Assembly: GCA_964199315.1 (NCBI GenBank) | Contig: OZ116704.1 | Coordinates: 2,480,001-2,544,000, forward strand | From: Orbicella franksi | Taxonomy: Eukaryota | Direction of reading: 5' to 3' | DNA: 64,000 nt | Shown here: positions 1 to 11,300 of the stretch, piece by piece | How the letters are laid out: each line of letters starts with the position of its first letter | Position numbering within the stretch: the stretch's first letter is position 1 | Notes under the pieces: generated by a model | Databases searched by the model: none | What the model was told of the DNA's origin: nothing | The model's input: the letters and a program-made list of their open reading frames with translations, nothing else | Position numbers and translations under genes: made by a program

Positions 1-78
1 CGCTTGTAAAATATAAATACATTTTTTACTAGGCGTCGTCCTCGGCGTCGCCGTTGTCGTTGCTTAAGCTCCCTAATA
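1..78 (-). repeat. End of a dispersed interspersed repeat (GGGAGCTTAAGCAACGAC... terminus)
   Basis: Reverse complement reads GGGAGCTTAAGCAACGACAACGGCGACGCCGAGGACGACGCC. Related sequence occurs at ~42343-42540 and ~44370-45300. Family assignment is from recall of cnidarian repeats. Confidence 0.5.
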
Positions 79-440
79 TCAATGTGAATGTTGTGTTTTG
101 CGAGGAAAGTTTGGGAAAGACTCGAAGAAGATGTCGATCGTTTTCAGAACGGTTTGGCCCACGAATTATATTGCTTGAAAGCCGCCGGATAGGCAAAGTT
201 CATGCTCATTCTCATGAGATAACAACGCAGCCATTTACGAGTTCAAACTACGAAAATCATGATGCTGAGGCGAACAACTCGGATATCGAAAAATCAAAGA
301 ATCGTCGTAAGCAGAACTTGGAAGATGAGGCAAATAACATGCAATTGGATAAAGAGGATACTCAACGAAGCAACTTGAATAGTAAACATCTAAGCGTAAC
401 TCTGTGTGTTAAAACGTATCCTGATTCCTCTATTTGTTTT

Positions 441-1219
441 TACCCGGCAGCCGGGAAGTGTTTTCAAAAAGCTAGATACCTGGCAGTCTGAAATTGCAAC
501 CTGTAGCGGACTTTCGTCACGTTATGGTCTGTTATGTGCTTCCATGCCGAGGCAATGTGAATTGAATGCAGTTCGGAAATCCATTGCAATTGGTATTTCT
601 ACGCAGAGATCGAGCATTCTCAGCAGGTTCGAATGGACATTTCGGTGGAAAAAACGGAAAGAATTTCTGACTTCCGGGGATATATGTTTTTTTTGAAAAT
701 CGTGCCCGGGAGTCACACAAAGTTCGTTGGACAACTTGCAAACTCAAATTATTGAATAAAATCTCTTGGTGTTTATGACCAGAGATCAAAATACTTGTTT
801 AAATACTTTCGGGAGGTTTGAAATAATAACAGTAATTTTTGTAGAAATTGATTATCTAGGAATTTTTGACCGCCGGGTAGCTAGCTTTTTGAACAACCTT
901 GCCCGTGAGTCAAGATTGTCGTAGTATGTCTGGCGAGAATTCGTCCACTACAAAACCAAAACAATTATTTAGAGTCACCTGGCATTTCTGGACAAATATA
1001 TCTTCATTGTGGACTGAATGTCAAAACATCGAGATTTTATGGTATGTCCAAGCTCGAAAAATTTCCTCAACTACAAAGCCAAATTAGTACTTGAAATCGC
1101 TTGACATTTCTAAACAAAGATCTACTATTCTAAGTAATGAGTTATTTCGTGGAAATTCTATAATAATTTCAGGCTGCCGGGTATCTATCTTTCTGAAAAC
1201 ACTTCCCGGCTGCCGGGTA
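441..1219. mobile_element. Non-autonomous DNA transposon (MITE), ~55-bp TIRs, TA-flanked (Tc1/mariner-like)
   Basis: TACCCGGCAGCCGGGAAGTGTTTTCAAAAAGCTAGATACCTGGCAGTCTGAAATT (441-495) is the near-perfect reverse complement of 1165-1219. TA lies at both ends. No transposase ORF. Confidence 0.8.
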
Positions 1220-1456
1220 TCTAGACGCAATGTTCAGTTTTTATTGTGTTCAATACGCTTACTTGCGGTACGAAGCCCGAGTAAACGCTCTTAGAGCGTC
1301 TAGTTCTTGATGTAAATCTGAGCGTTTTGATTGGTTCTTTCTTGGTCAGGATTTTGCTATTCGCACCGTTTTCATTGAAAGGGTCATAAGCCGTGTGGCT
1401 GTTTTTTTGTTTGTTTTCGAGTGCCATATAATAAACTACTTACTAATATAACCTGG

Positions 1457-1600
1457 CTTGCTCGGGCCCTACTGGGGAATAATGGCCCTCGGAGAACCAA
1501 CTGACCCTACGAATATTGGCCCTACGGACTTCGTCCCGCTTGGTCCCTACTGCCACGACCTCGGGTCAATATTCCCCAGTACGGCCCTCTTGCTCAGTTC
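1457..1600. mobile_element. Short MITE-like repeat
   Basis: Inverted ends GGGCCCTACTGGGGAATA / TATTCCCCAGTACGGCCC. Confidence 0.55.
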
Positions 1601-2019
1601 GTAAGAAGTGTACAGGGATTATTTTTGAACCTAATCTACACCCTCTTAAGGTATTTTGATGCACTCTATTTTCCGACGGGCACCATGATTCATTTTCCAT
1701 GCATCGAAGCTAATGTGGCGTACACCTTTGGTGTTTAAAACATCTTCGTACCAGAAGATGAAAATACTGATGCCCCACACGATGAATGGACATGATGAAG
1801 TATTAAAATACTCATTGATGTCACAATAGTTTGAGCGTGGAGAGATTCTATAGACAACAATTTTGGTTCTCTTTCAGTTGGTGGTGTTTGAATTGGAGAA
1901 ATGTGAAGTTCCCGATGTTTCATTTGTCACAGAGCCAAAGATTATGGGAGAACCTGTTTATAGACATTAAAAAAAAAAAGTGATGTCACGAACAGAATTA
2001 TGTAAGCTAATGATTGTAT

Positions 2020-2140
2020 GAAAGATCATATATTTGAACCGGAACTGCCGAGAAAGATGTAAAGACATGAATGGTCATCGAAGTTTTGTACGCAACTGCA
2101 GTTCTGAAGTTAAAGCCCGATTTTTTTTCAGGCTCAACAT
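2020..2140 (+). repeat. Dispersed repeat copy (AAGATCATATATTTGAAC...AAAGATGTAAAGACATGA), inverted partner at ~2690-2832
   Basis: 2020-2140 and the reverse complement of 2690-2832 share GAAAGAT..TTTGAAC..AAAGATGTAAAGACATGA..TCATCG..AGTT..GTAC.CAAC. Confidence 0.6.
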
Positions 2141-2689
2141 ATTTGCTAGAGTACTCCCCACTTTACCCACCAACGTTTATTGAAGTGGAAAGAAGTCTTC
2201 AACTGAAGTTGAATTGATTTGAATTACCACAATGAGTCGGTTAATTCCCGGGGCTCAGATTGGATTTTGTATGCTCAAAAAAAGAGCGCTCTATGTAAAC
2301 GTTATAACTCTTCAGCTAAAAAGGAATGGTCGGCTTCAAGAGGTGTTTTTGTGTTTTTATCACCCGCTTTGGTCCGAAATAAAGCATAAATATTGATTGT
2401 GGGAACCTTACTTAAAGACCATATGGATTCTGGACCCCAGACCTTCGCTTTCCGGACTAAGCCATTAGGCATGCGCAAAAGAGCATAGCTCCAGGGTGCA
2501 GGGGGCCAGATGAAAATCGAATCACCAGGGTAATTACGTTCTGTGGGTAGCATATACATATATACATTGCTTTCTGGACGCTCTGTAATTAGCCTTTCAG
2601 TGTAAGGGTAGTTTCTATAGTTAGTTCTGAAAATATTCACCCTTACAAAATATGCTACGACAGGAATGATCGCGTAGTTATGTACACAA

Positions 2690-2832
2690 CGTGAACGTTC
2701 AAGCCTGAACTATCTTCATCTTACATTTTGAGGCTTTATTTTCACAACTGCTTATAAGTTGTGTACATAACTGCGATGATCAATCATGTCTTTACATCTT
2801 TCACCGCAGTTCAAATTTAATATCTTTCACAC
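2690..2832 (-). repeat. Dispersed repeat copy, inverted relative to 2020-2140
   Basis: Same shared sequence as the 2020-2140 copy, on the opposite strand. Confidence 0.6.
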
Positions 2833-3479
2833 ATTCACTTACACATTAGAAAACACGTGAGTAAGTAATCTGTAACAAAAATTATAAATAAATATCCTAG
2901 CGGTGTTATAAATAAATATCCTAGGGGTACATTTTGTGGAAATTTATATGATAAAGAAAATAAAAAAAATACAAAGGGAGTTTGTATCCAACTGTTCAAC
3001 TTGTATTTGTCGGAGTGGTCCCAGCGACCAGTGAGAAAACCTGGTAAAGTTGGGTGTGATAATCTCACGACGTTCTGCTTGCTCGCGCAATGATCAATTT
3101 TGGTACAGTTTTCACACCGTTGCGCTCTTCCAGTGTTTCCGGCTGCTAGCGTTTCAATGAAGTTGGTTACGTGACAGTTCACGTGGTGTATTGCAGACGT
3201 ATTGACCTCCAGTGGTTCACTCTGTGTTGTGCGCATTCAGTTTTCTAACGGTAACTTGAGGAATCGAGATCTGCTCATAATGAGAGAAGGCGAAGAAGGG
3301 TAGGGCGAGAGGGGGACGAGGGAAGTAATTGTGCCATTGGCATTTGTACCACACTTCTACCTCCTTGTACACACTAAAATGGCTGACCACTCCTGCGGGT
3401 TCGTTTTGAGATATTTTATTAATAAAAGTTTTCCTTGTTGCACCACTTCTTTCTTGAACTCATTACTACTCAAGCGTTA

Positions 3480-4286
3480 CAGAGCGTTTTCACGTGACGT
3501 CATCAAATTCTTAAAGCCAAAACTAAAGAGCCACCGAACTTTTTATCTTCGTCAGTCATAAGATGTACTAAATGTATATCTGTTAACAACTTTCCAGCTC
3601 AATAGCGTCTTTGGAAACCAGCGCATTTTGCATTTCAGAGTTATGGTGGTGTGTGACACAAAGCTACGATCGCGGCGTGTCTAAAACACAGGCCACGGGT
3701 CATTGTTTTACCAATAACCCTAACCCTAACCACAACCCTAACCCCTTCCTAATGCTAACCTTAGGTTTAAATACTGCACTAAGACAATGTTTAGGCTTAA
3801 GGTTAGTATTAGTAAAGGTTTAAGGTTTTTTCAGTATTAGTAAAAACAGTAATAGCCAGTGACCCGTGACCTGTGTTTTAGACTCGCCACTACGATCGCG
3901 TTTGTCGAAAAATATGTATTTATCTCGTGATTTTAAGCCGTTTAAGACGTTATAGTATTTGGAAAAGTGCTTATTTAAAGGCTTTTTTGTTCATTGGAGA
4001 CAATCAGTCTCCTAGATAACCAGAGAAAGTTCCAGATGTTTATACTATTTTCCGGCCGCCATATTAGTGTGCCAAAGAGGAACACCTACATGTCGGCTCC
4101 ATACTAGGATCTGTAAATTTGCGCGGCACATTTCCACGAATATCTCAACTTTGGGGCAACGCACACTTCTTAAACTTGGAGAAACTGCCTTCTTTATTTA
4201 TCTTCTATAATATCACAATTTCTTGACTTTATCCACTGGATGGTTTTTGATTTTATTTTTATTGCGTGATAATGAAAACACTCTAT
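3480..4286. mobile_element. MITE-like element with short TIRs, interrupted by a nested MITE
   Basis: Ends AGAGCGTTTTCA / TGAAAACACTCT. The 3673-3889 element is inserted inside it. Confidence 0.55.
3673..3889. mobile_element. MITE with ~9-bp TSD (Mutator-like) carrying telomere-like CCCTAA repeats
   Basis: TIR YGGCGWGTCTAAAACACAGG..ACGGGTCA at both ends. Direct repeat CTACGATCG at 3664-3672 and 3890-3898. TAACCCTAACCCTAACCACAACCCTAACCC at ~3715-3745. Confidence 0.8.
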
Positions 4287-5393
4287 TCACCAGTCTAGAC
4301 GACGTATTTTGTCACGTGCGTTACATTTAATATCACGTCCATGAATCTTGATATTCAATCAGATTCTGACTGGATCCGATGTATAGAGGGTCCGAATGGC
4401 TGTCAGTTAAAATTCCTGCCCATTTTTTAAACTATTAGCAGATTTTCCTGCTATAAGTTCAAACAGCTGACTTTTGAAATTTTGACATAGTTTCTAGCAT
4501 TTAATCAAGTTCCATCCAGGCCCCGCTCTGCACATCAAAACTCTGAACCCTTTGTAACGATGACGAATCAACTCAGCCCGCAGTTCTCATTTCAATGTTG
4601 CTAGGCAACTGACGAAGCGATGATGACGTACAACGTTTGGAGCACGCTCGAGTGCTCGAGCTATTCTTTGATTGGATATTGAAAATCGGAGACTTAACGA
4701 GTCCTTCGAGGAAGATTTACGAACAACGGTTCTTGTTCCCAAAATGATTTATTGTGTCATATCGAACGCGGAAAAATTTGATATTCAGAAGAGGCACTGT
4801 TTGGTAGCCTATGACTACAAGGCTTTTGCCCTGATAAATAACATGAGGAAATTAAATACGTTATATTAAATACAGTTCGTGTTATTCTTACCTTGACATG
4901 TTTTACATTGTCACGTAACCGCAAAACGGCAAATTATGCGTGTTGAAATCTTTTTGCAACTTTTTTTTACTCTAAAATCGGTTAAATCTTCAAACGTTTT
5001 CAGGCCATTATGCCTATAATAATATGTCAATGTCTATAATAATATTACATGTATTACAAAATTATCCAGGCCCTAATTCTTGTAAAATGTTTTAACGGTT
5101 TGCAATTATTCAAAGTGCACAACTTTATAAATCCTTCTGCCCCACTGACACAAATGTTTCCCATTTCTTCGCTCTTCTAGTACAGTGTCACTTCCGTAAC
5201 AACTTTGCACACACAAAGCGACATCGGGCTACCATCATGTACCAATCCCGGTGTTTGCAGCGTCGCTCGCAGTCGTTTTCAATTTAGCACGACCAGTCGG
5301 AGTTTATTAAATTTACGACGTCTTCCTCAATCTCACTGATTTACAAGAGATGAGTTGTTTTATTGGGTAGATCTTTGTTTCAGCCTCGGCGTT

Positions 5394-8300
5394 TTATTCT
5401 TTAAATATTGGTGATGTTGAAAATGACACTTCTGCACTCTTGTAATCGTGAAGTTCAAATATTACCAACTGAAAATCAAAAGAAAAAGTTATCAATTAAC
5501 ATAAAGGCTCAAATTTAGTGAATTATTAAAGAACTAAGAAGTGGTAAATAATCGACAAATTGAATTTAAAATCCCAGCGGGAAAGGGGGGGGGGGGGATG
5601 TACTCCCAGAAAAATCCAGTGGGTGTGTGCGGCCCGCTTCCCAAAAACCTGACCCTATTTAAGACCAAAATCTGTGATTTTCCCTACCCTATTTATAACC
5701 TGATCAAAAATTTGATACCCTATACAAGACCTTACCATTGGATCAACACCCTGTTTCAGACCTGCCGTATAATTAGCTACCTATTTCTGACAGATGTTGA
5801 AGGCATTGTGAAGGGCTTTTGTTTATGGTCCTATCGATAATGATGAAAAAGTAGCTTCTAAAAAGAACATACCCGATTTAAGACTAGAGTACCCTATTTG
5901 AGATACCCCATGCCCTATTTGAGACCAAAGTGATCAAAATCAAGACCCTATTTTTGACTTTGGGGCCGCACATATTTGTATAGCTCCTTACATTTGAAAT
6001 ACACTAAATGTCTTGTGTCAGGTGATACAAGTCTACCGGAAATTTCCTTCAAATATTTGTTACCATACTTGCCTCATTTTCTCCCTTCCGTAGCCATGGT
6101 GCTGGGAGATACAGTGTCCCTTGAGGGCCTTTTGTCCAGTACCTGCCTAGGTTATGTCCATTAATGAAACACACGCCTTTGGTCCAATTTTCCATGTTCA
6201 GAAACGTATCCCGAGGTACATCATTGACTTGAAAGGTTCCCCTGTACAAGTGTGGACCTTGTAGACTCTCACTCCCAGCTGACATATCAGACCATGTTCC
6301 TTTTTCTTTGATTCTGCAAAGCAGTCACCAAATATTGATTATGATTGTGTACTACTTACAGGTTTATCAGAGAGGAAATAAGAAGTAGGCCTGTTTTCTT
6401 CTATTCATTTTTAGAAGTTGCAATTTCTCAAGCACTGAAGCGCCCGTAAGCAAATAAAGTAATTACGTTTGGGTGTCGTGATAGTATATCTCTAGACTCC
6501 AGTCAGCTGAATGTGTCAGGAAAAACTAACAGACTTTCCTGTAGGATGGTTTGACTGAATGGACTGACGACATCCTGGCACGAAAACGTTCTCAGGAGTT
6601 AAACCTTCGATCTTCCATAACGATTGATTGAGCAATCTTGTCACACCAGACACATTCGAGTGTTGACGACCACTGCTCTGTTCCAGATGTTAGATATAAT
6701 TGTTTTGCTATACAGTCGTTACCTTGACAGGATGTGTGGTTTGAATTCAAGCGGATAGATTCGCCATTTGTTGTAACTTTTATCATCAATTTTCACTTCA
6801 CCACTGATTCCTGAAAGTTGATACAAATGAAAATGTACTGAGAAATTTACAAGGAATAAATTGTCTTTCTCCTATTATAACTTCTCAGTGACTCCAACAG
6901 ACTACTTTTACTTGTAATCAGAGTTGATCTTTTGTACTTATTTAATCAATGTATCTAAAAGTATGTGGAAATAAGAGAAAGACCCGGTGCATCTAGCACA
7001 CCTTAGTAGTATATTAAAGCCCTTGATCAGAATGGTGTAAGAGCCCTGGAGCTGACCTTTGGAATTTGCATCTTCCCTCCCCTCCCCCCACACTACTTCC
7101 TCCCAGCATGCTGTTCGGTTGCCCACACAGATTGCACAGCAAGATGACCCAGGTGGGAGTTAAAGACTTAAGGAAACCACGCTTTATGAGGACCATGGAT
7201 CAGTATCATAAGTCGCATGCCTGTTAAAAGTTTCCTCCGACCCACTAGTCACAATACAAATTACTCAGACAAGCGATTTACAAATAAATACTAATTAACT
7301 TGCTGATGTTACCTTTTCGCAGTTTTTTCATGTCCCAGCCAATATTTGTTCGACCCATGTTTTCCACTAAGATCTCCAACTTGTGACTTTTCAACTCAAG
7401 TAAATCTTTAATTGTTGACTGAGTCAGATGCCTACTCACTGTTACACGAACAGAACTTCTGTCTTCCAAACTTGCATCATATGTATGAATCAACATAGAA
7501 TCTATAATAACCTGTCAAGGAAAAATTCAGTTTTCAAACTCTAACCCTTAGTTTCAGTTCTGAATTAATTAACATCTTTTTCATTTATTTGGCAATCAAA
7601 CACGTCATTGCCATATTTAGGTGCCACGCTTGGACTGTAACAATATAACAAATACTTAAGAAAGTGTTCTCGACATCACATTCCTCAAATTTCATCAGAA
7701 ACACTCCACTGGACTTATTTTTTTTTAATTGTCTTATTTGCATTTGAAATTGCGATGAAGCACTTAATTTGCTCGTGTTCGATATATTATTTCTACATAT
7801 ATTCAACTCATATTTTGGTACACTATTCTTCTCCCTGGTGGAAACTCTTTCACAGAATATTTGAGGATCTTTCAATATCTTAAAGTCCTTAAAGATAACA
7901 ATCTTTCAAGTATCCTTAAAAGGTTCTTAAGTCTTGCAAAGATCTTTGAGCAGAATCTTTGAAAATCCTTGAAGATTCTTCAGGATCTGGCATTTGAAGA
8001 TCCTGCCATAATTTTCAAGTTGCTTAACAATATTCAGTCTTGATTTTGTGTGATTTGTTTGGAACAGATGTCAAGTTTAACATTAAATGTGAATGTGAAT
8101 GCTTTTAAAAAGTCATCTGCAAGTCATCATTCTGACTTTCTCTTTGCTATACTTCAATGAATGTCATTCAGTTTTAATTTCAAATCAAGGTTTGACCGTG
8201 ACACAACAAAAAATAATTTAAACCAAACTACCATGTGCTTAGGAATATTATTCCCATTTTTATGCAGGTCACTTGAGCACCCCAATTGACTAGAAAAGTG

Positions 8301-11300
8301 CTGCTAATAAAAGTAACAATGAATACCTGTGCCCTGTCAAACACTTGCTCCATCTCAATTTCTTCGGGAAACGTAGCTAATTCTGTCTGGTAAAGGATAA
8401 AGCCATAACCCTGTCCACCATTATTGTTAATTGGCAATTGTTCCATCGGCATGACATGATCACGCTCAACAGGAATCTAATATAATAAAGCAAAAGGAAA
8501 GTGGATCAAATAGAGAGATAGAGGGTACAGTCATAAATATAAATAAACAGGCTGCATATTAAAAAAACCCTGAGACTCACAATCATACAACTGAATAAAT
8601 TCTAAATCCAGTTTCTGTGCCTGTGATATCACTGTAGTTTTAAAATGCATGGAATAACTTACCAAGGCTTCTTAGCAGTACAAAGTATGATATTGCTTGC
8701 AAAAACCACACAATGTGTTTGAAATTCATATTATACAAACAAGACATGTTTCGGATGAAACATCATCAGTTTTACAAGAATACCAAGATAAATGAGCCAT
8801 AAATAGTTTAACAGTGTGTGACGAAAATAAGACTTATTAAGGATTAAGGCATGAAACAAAAAAGTGAAAATATAACACTAAAGTAACAGTCCAATTATTA
8901 GTATGAAAGGGATAAATTAAGATGTTTAACTTGTTAATATAATATGAATTTCAAACACATTGTGTGGTTTTTGAAAGCAATATCAAGGAAATAACAAATA
9001 AATACTAACAATAATTATGATCTCATTTCATCTTTTTCATTAGGGATTAAAAATTTTAATGGCTCAAATGCACTGTTACATTGCCTATCAGACAGTTATT
9101 ATCATAACAACCCGGTAACTGGGGCCTTACAGTGGCAAATTATTGTTACAAGCCAATAATCATTTTCCACTTACATGATATTGAAGAAGTTCAGTTAATG
9201 ACATTAGCTGCTGCATTTCAACTTTTCCTGTTGGGTGGCAATGTAAGAGGAAGAAAAACTTGCAGTACCACAGTTATATTTACAGTGCGGTATTTACGGG
9301 GAGGCTACTTTGTGTGATATGTTACAGTAAGCTAGTCATGATATTTTGTTTAATACTGTTCTGAACAAGTGCTTCATTTAATATTGAAAGAGAACTGGAC
9401 CAGGAATTAACAGATGTTGCCCTGAATGAAATGATCAAACCAAAAATAAAACAAATCAAGCTACTCGTGAACACAATCAACAAGGCTGATCAAGTGCAAA
9501 CTAGACTTAAATCATCTTTGTTAGTTGATAAAAGTGTGTTATGCCTCTACAGGTACAGACTTAGTGACATGTTTCTGCATAGCACTGAACAATCCCATGA
9601 ACTAATGCGTGTAGGTCAGATGACTTGATGTGAGCCAGCCTAGCAAAGGTGTCCAGAGCTGTGCACCAATTATACAGCTGTTTTGACAAAGATTGTCCTA
9701 TAAAAGAGTAAAAGCGTACGCGACAATGCTGATTAGTATTATGGGTAGTAATAGTTTGGTGTTACAGTTAAGGTTGACAGTGTTTTAGCAAGAGGGAAGG
9801 AGAAAACATGAATACAAGTGTTGAAAAACCGTCTTGAGCGTTAAACAAGGAGTCATAAACCACCATCACTAATAATCCCTTTTGATCTTTTGTCACATAC
9901 ACTTTTATGCCTTGATAAGACAACCTTTCTTGAAACAACTGTATTTATAAGCATTAACCTACACCACTGAAAGTGAGTAAAAGAATGCCGTCTGTACCAT
10001 AAGGTCTCTGCAGTGGCACAGCAGTACATTTGACTTTCCCTCACAAGCTGCCACTTACCATAATCCTTTTTTGGAGAATTTGGAACATGTGGAAGATTTT
10101 GGGGCACTGGTGAAAAAGATGTGAATATAGTATTCATTGAATACCAATATATATTCTGTTATATTTATAGCATTAAACATTTTTACATTTTCATTACTTT
10201 TTTTTGAGGTCAGAGAATCCAATGATGACAATGCCAGTTTACAGCTTATAAATAAGTTTTCTAATTATATGCATACATGTTCACCGCATAATAAGAAATG
10301 TGTCTGTAACAGTAATTGAAGGAATCTGGTAATTAATTGATTTATTCTTTTAATTGTTAATTTATTCATTTAATTAGTTACTGGAGTTTTGTGAAGCAGA
10401 TGGTTCAATCATCATGGCTTTAAGAGTGTGATATTTTGCTGTTGTGTCTCCAGCCTCTGACAAAGGTCCATCATAGTCTGTAAGTAAAAAAGGCACATTA
10501 TTTAATACTAAATAATAATATCATAGATATTAATTATAACAAATAAATTATTCATATTAGATAATTATTAGTCTGCATAAATTTCTTACTGTATTAGTTG
10601 GAGATTAGTTGGAAATTAGTTGGCAATCTCTGTTCAGTTCTATTCTTTAATAATTCCAGCGCTAATGCTCAATAAATGCTAAAAAGCAAGAGATGCCTGT
10701 CAGTTTCTTTTAGACTGGCACTTTTAGCATGGTAAGGGAATGAGGAAATGTTTGTCAGATATGATATTAACAGCATGATTAGTTCTGTTTTTTTACTTCA
10801 CTGTACCATATGACGTTGTTACTGGTACAAGTCCATTTGCGCCATTCATAAAGCCAAAGTTTGTTCCTCCTAAAAATAAAATGTTTGAGATATTGAGCAT
10901 CAGTTATCAGTGATGACGATTTGCAATTTAAACATTTGGAAAGAAATGTGAGTATTAAAAGCATGTCAGAGGTTTATGGGGCTAAAATTTAGATTATAAA
11001 AAAGGTAACTTGAAGACAAAGCAGACAAATTTTATTGTACAATACTAGAATATTTAAACTTGAACAATTCACTCAAATTTCTTTTAAAAAAGAGTTAAAA
11101 TTTTAAAATTAACTTACAGGGAATAAGTTCAATTCAAAAACACATATTTATGCAGTTTGTAACTGCACTGACCCAGATTTACGAGGTCAAAATGTTACAT
11201 TTGTTTGAAATATTAATATTCATACTATATTACATGGAAATCACAGTTCTATTGTAGGGATATTCACTATTTACTTGGTTGCATATATTCATTTGTAACT

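Noticed and set aside
54-789. Overlapping 70-145 aa ORFs at the window start
   Set aside because: They span repeat and MITE sequence, with no recognisable domain or consistent splice structure.
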